A stretch of DNA of 62,897 nucleotides, filler included, from Sphacelaria rigidula (taxonomy: Eukaryota): assembly GCA_964200075.2 (NCBI GenBank). It is 11 parts of 11 records of this genome, joined end to end, with 100 filler letters (N's around TTAATTAATTAA, not from the genome) between each part and the next. Parts side by side here need not be neighbours in the genome. Positions count along the whole stretch, not along the records: positions 11,457 to 17,083 come from CAXNAA020025747.1; positions 17,184 to 22,810 come from CAXNAA020025748.1; positions 22,911 to 28,537 come from CAXNAA020025749.1; 8 more parts are not named here. One strand, 5' to 3'. The notes under the pieces were generated by a model, which did no database searches, was not told the DNA's origin, and saw only the letters and a program-made list of their open reading frames with translations. Of this stretch, positions 12,569 to 25,599 are shown piece by piece. The number at the start of each line of letters is the position of its first letter. Position 1 is the first letter of the stretch. The position numbers and the translations under genes are program-made.

Positions 12569-15500
12569 CAGTTGTCTTATGGATATGTATGGCGTGCAAG
12601 ATCGTGAGTACAACCCCCCATGATATTAGTGGTCATCAGACCCCGTGTCGTATGAATCGACTTGTCTCAGCACGTGGCGAGTTTGCGCTGGAAAGCCAAA
12701 TCAATCAGGGACATCGTCACTGCTGGAGTCGATGCCGTTGATGCTTGCGTTCGCCGCGGGTGCTGATCTCCTGGAAGATGCCGACTTTCTGCTTGGCGCA
12801 TGTCGATGGGGGTGATGATGACGATGCGCTTCTGGATGATGAAGGCGGCGATGATGATAATAAAGCGACAGCGGGAAGTTGAGGTCAAGCTGACGCGTCG
12901 CAGCCTCCACTCGTTCTTGACTGTTGACCGTTCCCCCGAACGGTAAGCGCACACACGGGAAATACCTCTTCCTGTTGACGGCCAAACTCCGTCGGGATCC
13001 CGTCGTCGTCGTCATCGCCGTCGTCACAGAACTCACCCCCTCCTCCCGTTACAACCACCCACGTGACGTCGCGAGTTTCGATGACTTTCCCACCCCGCAT
13101 CAACCCGCGGTGAGAGTCTCCAACTTGGGCAGCAGCTTTGCTGGAGGAAAGAGTGTAGCATGCCCCGCACAGCCGCTCCGGATGGCATCTTATTCGGTGA
13201 TTTGCCTTCAGGTTTTGATATCGAAGCGGTGCAGTTGAGCTGTACACACGCCTTATGCATCGCCTGGACCTTCTTGTTACCCGTTCTTGCGAAGCTGAAG
13301 ATGGCCGCACAACACCCTTGCCTGATTTCTCCCCGCCGTTGACGTTGCCTCGATGATACCTAGCCCGCACTCTGCGACGCCGTTGCCTTGGGGGCTATGG
13401 GCGAGGGTAGATCCCTGCTTAGTCAGCAGCCCATCATCTCCTGATCTGAATTCATCCCCGAGTTCTCTCCCCCGTCATCAGATTTTGCCATCTGTACTAC
13501 CAAAGGAGAACCGTCAGCTCACACACCGACGAAAAAAGGACTGAAAGCCATGCCTGAATTGAACGTTCGCGTTGAAAAACACAGCAAAGTTCCCCCGCTT
13601 TAATCATCGCCCCTAGTTATCACTGGAGTAATTCAACGGTAGGGGTGTACAATTTTCTTTTGGGGCTCTACACTTTAGGAGCTTCCCAATGGCAAACACC
13701 TGGTCCGTGGTGTGCAGTCCCAGACAAAAAATGGACTATAAATGCGCCCTTACCCCCAAATCATCCATTGGGTAGTGTTGTTAACCGATGGAGCGCTACA
13801 GTAGCACACACTGTTGCAACTGAGTCCAGAAACCTTTTAGATTACCAAATACACATAACTACCTACTACTAGGACACCGCGCCCTCGCCCATGAACTTTG
13901 GATACAGCTATATATCGTGCGATGGATTTGTGCACAGCGCTACAAAATTGTCGTGCTACGAATACAAGTATAACACGCCTATTTCACGGGTTGATCATCA
14001 ACCTTGCGAGTGTAATCAACATTGCTACTACAAACACGTACACAAATAACCTGTGCGTGTGCCGGTAGACGGAATCTCATCACCTTGCTACAGACGATTC
14101 ACCACTTCCGCAAATCGAAATTCAGGCAGTATTTTCTTGGGGCACAAGAATCAATCTCGAGCGCGACACCAAAAGCCGCTACTACTGGAATACCAACTAC
14201 ACAGGTGACTCAACTGAACGATATGCCAATGTATAGTAACGTCACCTCTACACACGCGGAGCGCCAGGCTGAAGGCACAGACGCACAGACTACCAGCAGT
14301 GTCCAACGTTATCGTACCGACACGATACAAACAAATAGTTGGATGCACATCAACTATCGAACGGAGAAGTGCTCCTGTGATCATGTGTGCGGTAATCTAC
14401 TCAAAATGTGCTATTTCTCACGGGGGCGAAACCGTACCCATCGGGAAGAAAGCGACAAATCCGAAGGTCAAAGCTTCAGATTCGGCGTAGTCCAAGAAAA
14501 ACGAAGACTAGACCTAACACTTGTGCCGGTAAGTCAAGTCCTTGCCAACTTCGGTTCTTTCACCAGCATCACACGACGACGAAAACCGATTTTCCGTACG
14601 TGCCCCGAGATCGAACAAGCTGTTGGGACGCCGCCGGATGCTTTCGAGGCAGCGAATTGGACACCATGTAAATTGTTTCCATCAGTCAGCGTTTCAACGT
14701 TCGATCGTTCTGGGGGCATCGTCTGAATAATCTGTCATCATTCAGGTCGAAGAACTGCAGAGAGCTAGGAACATTGTGCATCATGTCGGAGAAAGACTTG
14801 CAACCTGACGTAACTTACACCTCAGAGTTGTAGCAGGCGAAGGACGGACCTCAAAGCCTCCGAAGCGCACGCAACACAATTCTCTCAGACCAAAACGTGT
14901 TTTCATCACGGCCAGACCCCACCCCTTCAAGCACCTCCGCCCCACCATTACGTCCCTTGCACCTCACCCACACTAAACCTCCAACCCTCGATCACGCTCC
15001 GCTTCCTGGGTCCCGAGTCTACAATACAACGTATCAAAGTCAAACCAGAAGCAAACATCGACGCGGACACCACGTTTGTTTTGCCTACCCAAAGGGCCCG
15101 CGCCCACAGCTGCAAGGTCCAGGGCTCCGGATGGCCCCCTTGGATGAGAGCATCGGCAAGGCGACTAGCGCCAAGAGGCAGGCAATGATCAACAAAATCA
15201 CGTCTAGCGAGATAGTGCCCCACTTCACTTGGCTGAGTACGGCCATCGCGTCGTCATCGTTTTGGCTGTCGCAGGTGTTGTCCAGAGGGCAGACCGCGCA
15301 GCTCACGAAGTTGTAGCGTGCGGCGAGCGTGTGGAAAACCCTGCAAAACATCCCGTGCTTCTGCAGCGATGTTTTATATAGACAACGATAGCGGTGACGG
15401 GGAGGCGGCCACAGGGATGACAAGAGGAAAGTCAACGAGCACGCTTGTGGCATCGAGCAAGTGCGGGAGTCGGTACTGTGGACACATGCACTCCAACCAC

Positions 15501-16760
15501 GACAGGAAAATGGTGCCCATTCCATGCGTCGAGCGCCTCCGCATTAAACGGCGAACAGCGCAGGCAAGGATAGTAGCAATGGCTGCAGTCACGCCAAGTG
15601 TTCACAAAGCCATGGACGACCACGGGAAATATGCTGGACCGCAACAAACCAACAGCGCGAGATACACATCACTCCCAGGCTCGCTGGAAATCCTGGTTCT
15701 GTTCGATTGTGAAAAGTTTTGTACTCGCATCCGTACGTTAGGGCACATCTTGGAGAAGGAACCGCTCCATTTGAACTTTTTTTTCTCAGGAAACGCTATA
15801 TATCTACGCGCACGTGCTAGAGTTGGTGGATACTGATGAAAGGAACAGGTGGTTCACGAAAAACATGTCCCGCGTTCGTGTTGTCCGGACGATCCGAGTT
15901 GAGAAGCTGTTTGTGGGAGGTACTGTAAACCCGTGTTTGGTCTGAAACACCCCGAGTTTGTTATGCAGTACGATGAACATCTGGAAATCAAGCAACTCCC
16001 GCGGTTTGATTTTTCACCAGAACGGTCGGGACTGGTTCGATCGAGCGGAAATAACAACTCAAAACCTGGGGCTGTGCAGGCGCCGGACCCCCGAAGACCG
16101 AAGACCGGTTTGCCTGACAGTCGTTTGATATCAGAGTGTTTGCGGGAACAGGGTTTCGATAAACCTGTAGTTTTCCTAGCTTTTCGGTGGGCGCCCCGGA
16201 CACTATTTTACTGATGCCCGCCGCCGGTGGAAATCAAATTGACGTTTTTCAAAAAGTGAGAATACTCCAGCAATAGAAGTAATATGATATTAAAACGAGT
16301 GTAACCTTAAGAACAACAAGACTCGCGAGAATTCACTTATTAAAATCAGTGTATGCGTTTGGCATCAGTATAATGCGGTCCGCGGCGAAGAGCTACATAT
16401 ACAAAAAGTGAAGGTCAGGCAGATAAGCCGATGTTTTGGAAGACATACTAGTGTCGTGAGCACAATTTCGTTCCGGAATTCGCAATGGGCACTAATATTT
16501 CCCGACACCTCCAAAAAACAGAATTTAACGCACCATGGTAATTCGCGGTAAGCAAAAAAACTGAATAAAGGTATCAGCGAATATTGTTCTCATTCAGGTG
16601 CCCCCTACTACGTGAAGTAAGTTGTTTCCCAGTGCACCAAACATGCCGACACATGGGTCCACCAAATTGGATCTATCTGAAAAAAGTATGTCGATATATG
16701 TACAACATGTTTTCTCTCTGGACATGCCCATGCTCGGCGTAGGATCATCTCCTGCACCAT

Positions 16761-16970
16761 TAGAGAGTTTCGTAAAACGCTTTTTTTTTGTCATTTCAGA
16801 GTGCAATTATCTCAGGATCAGAGCATAACAGAAAGTTATGTCTCCCTCCGTCAAATGTGGTATCCCCTCGGTCAACCTTTTTTCGATGAGGTATTTCTTT
16901 TTGTTCTGCACTCTCATCCTGAGATATGCGCACTCTGAAATGTCAAAAAACTGCTTTCCGAGACTCTCTA
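16761..16970. mobile_element. MITE with long TIRs (TAGAGAGT...ACTCTCTA)
   Basis: Inverted arms CATTTCAGAGTGC...TATCTCAGGA / TCCTGAGATA...GCACTCTGAAATG. A second copy lies in the opposite orientation at 47968-48171. Confidence 0.85.
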
Positions 16971-17289
16971 TATTGACGTATTTTGTGCGCGAGGAGAGTT
17001 GGAGGGGGGGGGGGGCGTTCTCATTTGTTGCTTGCCTTGGGGGTCTTACCATTGACCACGCATCCCTTTCAAGACTGGGCACCNNNNNNNNNNNNNNNNN
17101 NNNNNNNNNNNNNNNNNNNNNNNNNNNTTAATTAATTAANNNNNNNNNNNNNNNNNNNNNNNNNNNNNNNNNNNNNNNNNNNNATGGGGGGGTCCATATG
17201 AAAGTCATTGGTCTTGAATTTAGTTCAGGGAAAGCACGGCTTTTGAGTTCAACCTCATTTTTTTTTTCAACCCCATTTTCGAGAATCGG

Positions 17290-18056
17290 CTGTTTACTGA
17301 TAGCTATTGTCAACTGTTAACTGCTAAACACCGTAGAAATTTGGATTTCGATCACCGAAATGTTGGGGTCCTAGGTGAAAAGCCAAGTTTGGGGACACAC
17401 GCGGCCATTCGGCTACCCCCATAAACATCCTCTATATATCGCGATTTTCATCGTCTCGAGGGTAAAGTAACCCTCCGGAGGCTAAAAAGACCCTCTAGAG
17501 GGTATTTCATACTCAGTTCCGGTCATGAAACGAATCCTCTGGGGGGCATCTGATGCTCCAGTGACTTCTGAGGTCTGAATCCCTCGAGAGGAAGAAAAAA
17601 TATTATGTTCTGGAGGAGGGCTGCGCATCCTCCAAGTTCCTCCAGAGGGTGCGTGGCCCTCCAGAGGTAAAACAAAGCCTCTGGAGGGGTTCGATCCCAC
17701 CCCTCTGGAGGGCCGCGCGCGCTCTGGAGGCGTTTAGCTCCTCTGGAGGCTCGAAAAGTTGACCGGAACAGAGTGTTTAAGGGGGTAGCCGAATGGCTGC
17801 GTGTGGAATTCCGGGTGTACGAACGGACGCCAAAATGGTTCCGAAATTGGTTTTTGACCTCGGACCCCAACATTTTGATGGTCGAAATCCAACTTTCTAT
17901 GGCGTGTAGTAGTTGTCAATAGCCATCAGTAGTAGTAGTAGGTGAAAAAGTGGAACCATATTTCGAAGATTTGGTGTGGATACGAAGATTTTAATTCTCC
18001 GTCTTTCCCATCCCCAAAAAAAAAAGATCCATCCCCAATTTGTAAGATCTCGTGTT
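17290..18056. mobile_element. Foldback MITE family B (AACACGGG ends), left-truncated copy with a nested insertion
   Basis: Arm sequence matches the copies at 18066-18508, 40476-41173 and 59804-60247. Right end TAAGATCTCGTGTT. Confidence 0.85.
17396..17805. mobile_element. Nested non-autonomous CACTA/EnSpm-like element
   Basis: TIR CACACGCRGCCATTCGGCTACCCCC, 2-bp TSD GA whose removal restores the host consensus, and many internal CCTC(C/T)(A/G)GAGG subterminal repeats. Confidence 0.75.
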
Positions 18057-18065
18057 TACAGTAAA

Positions 18066-18508
18066 AAAATTGGGGATGGACCTTTTTTTATTGAGGATGA
18101 GAAACTCAGGTAATTAAAATCTTCGTATCCACACCAAAGCTTCGAAGTATGGTTCCATTTCTTCACCTACTCATGGCTATTATTGACAACTACTGCTACA
18201 CCCTGGAGATTTGGATTTCGACCACCAAAACGTTGGGGTCCTAGGTCAAAAACCAATGTCGGAACCATTTTGGCGTCCGTTCGGACACCCGGAATTCTCC
18301 AAAATTGGTTTTTCACCTAGGACCCCGACGTTTTGGTTATCGAAATTCAAATTTCTATGCTTTGTAGCAGTTGTCAATAGCTATCAGTAGTAGGTGAAAA
18401 AGCGGAGTCATGTTCCGAAGATTTGGTGTGGATACGAAGATTTTAATTCTCCGGGTTTCTCATCCCCAATAATAAATGATCCATCCCCAATTGGTAAGAT
18501 CCCGCGTT
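18066..18508. mobile_element. Foldback MITE family B, near-complete copy adjacent to the previous one
   Basis: Inverted arms of about 190 bp around a short core (GGAACCATTTTGGCGTCCGTTCGGACACCCGGAATT). Confidence 0.9.
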
Positions 18509-18547
18509 AAATGTGTATTATGCCAACGGGTTTTCGTTGTCCTGAGT

Positions 18548-18972
18548 ATATAAACAAGGTTTTCGTGAGATTGAGAGTTGAGGGCGGATTGAGAGTGGCT
18601 TTGATCATTCGCTTTAACCCTTCGACCACGAGAGTAGTCTTTCTGGATTATGCATGCTTTTTTTCACTTGAAATTGATGCCGATTCAACAGAAGAAGACT
18701 AACCTCGCGGTCGAAGGGTTAACTTGGCCAATTTTTCATTCCGTGTGTGCTTCTCGTCGTCTCATCACTGCCGCCACGTGCTTACAGCTACACGCTGATA
18801 TCCTCCTCAGGGGTATCGAGGGCCTCAGTGGCAAGCTACTACAGAGGGAATATCGGGCCTGGTGGAGGTACATTTCGGAACTGAAACGGCTTATTCACTG
18901 ATGATTGACCTCTTTTCACTCTCAATCGTGCCTTCAACAACTCTCAATTTCACGAAAACGTTGTTTATTATA
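18548..18972. mobile_element. TIR element (TAAACAAGGTTTTCGTGAGATTGAGAG...) hosting a piggyBac-like MITE
   Basis: Inverted arms at about 18551-18598 and 18917-18968. A paralogous left arm lies at about 22226-22295. Confidence 0.75.
18618..18718. mobile_element. piggyBac-like MITE, 101 bp
   Basis: TTAA|CCCTTCGACC(A/G)CGAG...CTCGCGGTCGAAGGG|TTAA. The paralogous host arm near 22290 has a single TTAA (empty site). Confidence 0.85.
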
Positions 18973-21473
18973 GTAGATGATGAGCTCACGTTGAATTGCG
19001 TCATGGCTGATGCACTTGCACTTCAATTAATCGGCTGATAGATTGATTGCCGCACATTAATGGATTCCTCAGTGATGTATAATAGCCATGCTTCCAAGGT
19101 AAATAAAGCGGAAACCCTCGCTCAAGAACGAGAAAAGTGGGCGGGGGCGGCAGGCGGGGGGGTTAAAAGGAACAACAGGAGTGAAAACTGATAAATCTTG
19201 GACAAACCAAAAACAAAACCAAGCAGGAAGGGAAAGAATCGAAAGGAGCGGAGAAGGAATTGATACACCACTGTGAGTTTCGGGAATGTTCTTCCTCTCA
19301 TTTGAAGAGTACTGGATGCATTCGCACCATCCCCTTCAATATTCCATTTTTTGCGAGCGGGTCCTCTAGCTAGCTAGATGTGGGAATTGACTCCTGTCGT
19401 TTTTACTTTTTTACTTACTACCACGGTGAGCCATCTGCTCAATGACCACATTTTTCACTCGAAACATGAAGACACAACCCAGATGACCCGCTCATGCGGA
19501 CGCTCATGCGGTCAAGGTTCAACACGAAGGGGTGGAAAATTGATCTCGTCAAAGCATCGCCCAAGTTTGTTGGTTGCCTGTAGATCGTGGAAGCTATAGA
19601 CTACCATTGGAAACCCTTTATCCGGCGAACGAGCTGCTTGATTGGTCCGGAAGTTATCTGCAACGAATTTGAACGCTTGACTGTGGTTATTGGCCGAACG
19701 TGTGGTGCATAATTCAACCAGCCGTTCGCGCACACGTAGCGCATTCCATCGAATCGCAACATATTTTGAGAACAATCACAGGGACCAACGATAACTGATA
19801 ATGCCCACTCCCGAGACACCCGCCGATCAAAGCAGTTCGTCGTGCTGTACAGGTGATCTGTTCAACTCGCGGCCAGACGATCGGGTGTGTCGCTAGAAAG
19901 ATCTCGTGCGTTCCAAAGGCGAAAATTGAAGACGAGCAGGATTTGAGCTCTTCACCGTACGTCGGAGTGTGAAGGGTATAGAGTGACGTCATCTTATTCA
20001 CAACCGCCGTCGACTGTACAGCAACAGGGTAAACCAGGTACGAGTGTGCTTCACTTCAATCCGCGCGCTTTACTTATGATCAGACTTGAGGATCATTTTC
20101 AAACAACCAGCCATTTTCCCAGCCAGAATTTATGCTTGCGCAGTTCGGTTTTACCCATTTTTGGTCTCGTATCGTAAATGAGGCGTGTACTTTTTTCCTG
20201 GTGTGCAGCCCGTAAAGCAGTGTTGTTGTGCTGGGGTTTGCGGACTCTTCCAGCAGTCAAAATTGCAAACATTTGCATAAAAATAGCAGCCACAACCTAC
20301 CTGTGTCTATGAACGTAAGGTCGAGCAAGGCTGCGGAACTGTAGACCGGGGGTCCTCGGCCCTGTATTATCCTCTTCCCGACGCCACCGTCATCCTTCAG
20401 AGTAACACTCCAGCTCTCTCCTCGGATTGTTTTCTTCAGATCTGAGACTCAAAGTGCATGCACTGAGAGCACAGGCAGCCAGACCGCATTTCAATGTTTC
20501 ACGCTTCTTGGTTAGCGTCCATACGTACTTGTTGTGCAATGCACGAGAATAAGGTATTGTAGTGAGCTTGTCCGATGTGCGCAAGACGGCGTGACACCCC
20601 CTGTTCACCTTGATAACCTATCAAAGTATCGGGGGTTGGACCTATTATAGGGTACTTCCAGTCAGCGTTGTCAGTTTTCCTTTGTGAGCACTTGCATTCG
20701 GGGTGGCTGGCATTTTGGGAAACTACTTCCCCCCCACACACCTGCCCTGTGCACAAATTCGAAAGCCGAATACAAAATATGCACCAGGAGGCACCCCTCT
20801 GACCACCACCAGTGGCATAGTACAGGCGCCAACTTCGTTGCCAAGCTACTATTTGATAGTGCACGATTAAACAAACTTTTGGGCGGTTGACAGGTCGCGC
20901 AGTGTGCGGCCCCAATCAAATGCCGACCGTCCCAGCCTCCATCATATGACCTCATGCGCCCTTAAATCAATCAGGGCATGCGCTGTATACAGTACGGTAT
21001 AGGCATGCAGTAAGGGTTGAGGCCGGGAAAGGGAAGTGGAATGTTTCACCCCACGGGTTTGAAGAAACTGTCATTACGGAGAACGAAGATAGCGCCTGGC
21101 TTCCACATGCGTTGTTGACAGCTTTATTACATGATATAATAGTACCTGGTAATGTGTATCATTACCCTCTGACCAGCATGTCCAAGAGCTTTGCAGTAAG
21201 TTAAGGAGCAACAGCATGCAATATGTATATCCTGTACCAGTTTCCTCATGAAAATGCGAAGTCGCGACGTGGTGATCGAGGATAACCTGCACCATACCTT
21301 ACAGTAGTAGAAGCAGCAGCAGCAGCAGCAGTGGTACTAGTAGCAGACGTGGTAGTATTCGATGAGATAGGTTGCTCATTTCACCTTCATGCAAACACAT
21401 ATACCCGTTGCACGTACAAATCATGTCCCGCTACGGTGACAGGACGTAAGGCATACTCAAACCGGATCTGGCC

Positions 21474-21741
21474 ATGGGGAACACAGCGACACGTCCCCCG
21501 CAGAAGAAGTTCTACTTCAAGAATGACACTCAGGAGCCTCTTGTTGTGTTCCTCGAGCGCGGTGTGTTATACTGCAAGCAGAAACTGGAGCCCGGAGAGG
21601 CGGTAGCCATAACTCGAGCGCAGGCTGGCTACCTTCCCTTTAGCATCTGTTGCTCTGTCGGCACAGAGCTGCCAACCGTTCAAAAATCCTTCGATAACTT
21701 TTGGAATGTCTCCAAGGAATGGGTGGTCCCGGCGTTGACAG
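21474..21741 (+). CDS. Probable first coding exon of an uncharacterised, possibly N-myristoylated protein
   Basis: GCCATGG start, MGNTATRPPQKKFYFKNDTQEPLVVFLERGVLY..., ending at a strong donor ACAG|GTAAGT (21742). Confidence 0.6.
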
Positions 21742-22002
21742 GTAAGTCAATCACAGTTTTCTTGGTTGGCATGAAGACCATAGCTTTGTGCAACGATGGG
21801 AAGGGGATATGCGAAATAACATATTTTCCGTGGAACTACTCGCCCAGTGTTCATGCACTACTTGGCTTCTCCAGAGTGACGCAGATGGTACTCATCGCTG
21901 GAAAGATTGTTCCCGGGTGGTACAGCAACGTAGACAGAAGGAGAGAATATGAGCGTTCCTTGTGGGGGAAAGACACACACACGCATACTTCCTCTGTCCC
22001 AT

Positions 22003-22802
22003 AAGTGAAGGTACCTAAATTTGTATGGGTCCTTAACGATTTCCGATCGTTTTTTTTTTTTGTAATTAACTCTACGGTATTTTTTGGGTTAAGAACATGT
22101 GATTGACATTTGCAGCTCGTGCTTGAACCATGCCGCCGAACGGCTGCAAAAAAGGTAGTCGGCCCAAAAATGGTCGTCTTTTGCCCCTTCCCGAGCGGGA
22201 AAAAAGTGTCGGAGTGATGCTACGGTAAACAGTGTTTTCGTGAGATTGGGGGTAGATGATACGATTGAGAGTGGCTTTGATCATTCGCTTTAAGCCCTTT
22301 CTCTCATGCAAAACACGACCTATGAAAATATGTGAAAGTACGCCAGGATTAATACTCCAATGTGCTGGGGATATCCCGAACGGATTTGCAAACAGGGATG
22401 CTCTGACCCAGATTTTTGTGCATCTAGAGACGTTAGGAGCCCCTGAACTAGACATAATTTCGCGGGAAAAGTCCACCCCTACCGTAGCATTGCTCGTCGA
22501 TTTTTTTTTTTACTTTTTTTTAACCGCCCCCCGCCTTTTCTGGGGCTTGCTGCCAGGAAGTCCCACGCGATTACAAAAACAATCAGAGAAAAAAAACTAC
22601 ACTTTTTCTCCCCTTGGGAAGGCGCAAAAAACGACCATTTTCGGGCCGACTACTTAATTTGCAGCCGTTCGGCGGCATGGTTCAAGCACGAGCTGCAAAT
22701 TTTAAAGACATTTTCTTGACCCAAAAAACACCGTAGAGTTTATTAAAAAAAAAAACGATCGGACATCGTTAAAGGCCCGCATAAAAAAATGGACCCCCAC
22801 TT
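22003..22802. mobile_element. Non-autonomous TIR element with inverted arms of about 200 bp
   Basis: TTTGCAGCTCGTGCTTGAACCATGCCGCCGAACGGCTGCAAA at about 22109-22150 is mirrored exactly at about 22658-22699. Confidence 0.9.
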
Positions 22803-22910
22803 CTTCGGCANNNNNNNNNNNNNNNNNNNNNNNNNNNNNNNNNNNNNNNNNNNNTTAATTAATTAANNNNNNNNNNNNNNNNNNNNNNNNNNNNNNNNNN
22901 NNNNNNNNNN

Positions 22911-23168
22911 ACTCAATCACCAAGCGCGGAGCACGGTGGTGTGTTCGGTGAGTCGCATGAAGGGTGAGCTACATCCTGCTAAGATGGTTCGGCCCGAAGC
23001 CTACTGATTATCGTGCATTAGGATGACAGCCTGAAATGAGATGCTTCATTTTCGGGAGTCGCCAATGCCAGAGACAGCCACGGCTCATGCACTGCCTCAT
23101 GGGTGTCTCACCATTCAAACCCTACGTAGTACGAGCATCCCCATCGTGCGGAGTTAAGGTTCTCGCAC
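22911..23168 (+). repeat. Dispersed repeat family A, copy
   Basis: Colinear with about 38900-39160 (GAGTCGCATGAAGG...GGGTGTCTCACCATT...CATCCCC). Confidence 0.85.
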
Positions 23169-25020
23169 GCCTCACAACATGATCTACAGTAGTGGGTGGT
23201 CTAACTGTTCATTTTGTGGCATTTTGTGATTTTTTCGTAGTTGGCGATTCTCTTGGGCTCTTTTTGCTTGCCGCCGCTTATCACATCGGGTATCTGAGGA
23301 TATTTGTATCCGCTCTACATTCCAAGAGAAAAAATCATCTGTACTTGATATTGAGTGTCTTACGGGCTGACCGTTCATCGGGGATCCTGCCACGTTTCAG
23401 CCCAGATTCTCTCTCTGCGGTATTTTTGGTCAATCGAGCCTGTCCCGATCATATTTCTGAAGAAATGTACAGTTTCATTTTTTCGAAATCCTACCTACTC
23501 ATGGCACTAGAGCCGAAACACCTTGTTTCACGGCTAACAACACCCTCCTGATAAACGGGGTATTCACTCATCTCGCTCGATAACCCCAACGAACACCGAC
23601 TTGGGCACTGTGTTTCGAGGATGATTTGTTTATTGTACCAAAACCTACCGACGCTAGCAAGTTCGAGTTCGATCGAAGAGTAGTACGCGAGGAAAGCCCC
23701 TAAACACCCCTAAATAGTTAGACCTCCCACTACTGTAGCTCGAGGTTACGGCAAAAAAAACGCAAGCGCGCAAAACAAAATAGGCAACCTGGTTGCCTAG
23801 CTTACGCAGTGAGTGGCGTGTTTTACAGCGTCGTTGCCAACCGACGCCAACCGGACAGGGGGTCCGTCCCTACAAAGTCGGGAGGGAGCGCGCCGGGTTC
23901 TCGCCGGACCAGGCTGAGTGGGGAAGGGAGGAGGTACATCATGAGGAAGTGGGACATATGCTGTCGAGCGCACAACAGTCCAGCAAGATGCATTTTTCCC
24001 AAGGACGTTTCATGTGTTTCGTATTCTGTGTATCTTATACTGACAACGGTCTCGCTCGCGTGTCATGCGTTTCTTCTCCGGAGGTCAGTTTACCACTTGG
24101 TCGGACAACAAATTTCTTTCAAATATGTTACTGTACCTCGAACTAACGTTAGCCTTAACACTAACCCCCACCACCGAGAACCCTCGGGCAAGGGGTGTGG
24201 AAAGTGTTCCCTACGCAAACACAAAGTGTGGCGTTGGTACACCGCAAATCGGCGCCACAGGCGCCGATTTTGACGAAAAGGCGTCCTGTGCACGCTATTA
24301 TAGGAGCACTTGGGCAGCTCCACTAAAGATCCGAATATCGGTGTCGACACTCAAATCAAGTAACAAAATTCGGGAAAGTTCCATCCGACCAGGTGGTAAA
24401 ATTTACTACTTCTTCGCTGCTCGCCGTTGTGCTGCCCGTCGCACAGCACCGACCGGCGCACATGTACATCATGGCGCATCTCTCAGATGGCCGATGCCAA
24501 GGAGGAATAGCCCCCCAATACGAAGTATACCGGAAGGTACGAAGGGCTCGGACGAGAAACAAGAGTACTCTAATTGGAAGTGAGCGAAATGGTGGCCCAT
24601 GAGGGCTCGAGAGCTCATGGAATGCTGCGCCCTCGAGACGTCAAGAGAAAATTTCAACAAAGCTTACTATAGGAGCTGGGCCAGCTGACAGTGATTTTTT
24701 AACGAAGAATGGAGATGTCATTGTTAATTTGAAGAGTTAGGCGCTGGAATATTTACACGACATTTGAATTATCAACCCGCGCGCACAATATTAGTAGTGC
24801 AGACGGGAACAGAAAAGAATGGGAAGTTGGGGCGAGATGAAGTTTCAGCAAAAATAGGAGAAATGTTATAACTTCCTTTAGAAGTTATAGAAACGACGAC
24901 AACGCCCCCACACATACGCCCCCACACATACGAGCACTCGCGTCAACGACATCCTGATGAAGTTTCAGCCAAAAATACCTCAAACTGGGCTTTGCGTCGC
25001 ACTTTTCGTGTGACACCGCT

Positions 25021-25106
25021 GCGCCTGTTTAATTCAAGTGATACAGGAGACTCCAATTATGGAGGTCATGAGTTCGAATCCCGACATATATTCTCGTTTC
25101 TTTTTT
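25021..25106 (+). ncRNA. Degenerate tRNA-derived or SINE-like Pol III unit, antisense within an RPC2 intron
   Basis: Diverged A-box TAATTCAAGTGAT (25030-25042), stem CTCCA/TGGAG, good B-box GAGTTCGAATCC (25070-25081), T6 run at 25101-25106. No intact cloverleaf. Confidence 0.4.
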
Positions 25107-25489
25107 CGTTCGTCGTTATGGTCACATACTATGCAGTACATTTTCCTTTCATTTTTTTTCTTCATTCAGCGGCGGTGCCGTATGTTACCAAGTTGGTCGG
25201 CAGTTCTCACAGCGATATGCTCACGTCGCGCTGATTTGGAAAACTTGAGAAGTTGTGGTATGGAAAGCAAATGCGGGATTTACTGCTGGTCCAGCTCGTA
25301 GTGGAAAAACAATCCGTCGGTCAGCTATAACATCAAGTACGCACCAATATAGCTCATGATTCGTTCTTGTTTTGATTCTTGCTTTTGATACTGTCGCATG
25401 CTGGATGATTTTTTCCACTTCAGTTTGAGACATTTTAAAGCGGCGACGGGAACGGGAGACTAACTACGGCACGGGTCTATATTCGTCAC

Positions 25490-25599
25490 CTGCGTAACCC
25501 CTTGGCGGTCGACCTTGAAACGCTTCAGCACCCAGTTGCCCGTGGAGATGGCATGAGTGAACCCGCTGGTGATTGTTGTCGATCCTTCCAAAAATTTCC
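25490..25599 (-). CDS. RPC2: RNA polymerase III second-largest subunit, internal exon
   Basis: (G)[36 protein letters not shown] matches the RPC2 AISTGNW-LKRFK-DR-GVTQ block. TTTAG acceptor, CAG|GTGAC donor, phase-compatible with the upstream exon. Confidence 0.93.

Noticed and set aside
11950..15850. Several 100-230 aa ORFs, possibly transposase relics or a membrane-protein exon
   Set aside because: I found no motif or consistent splice structure that I can defend.
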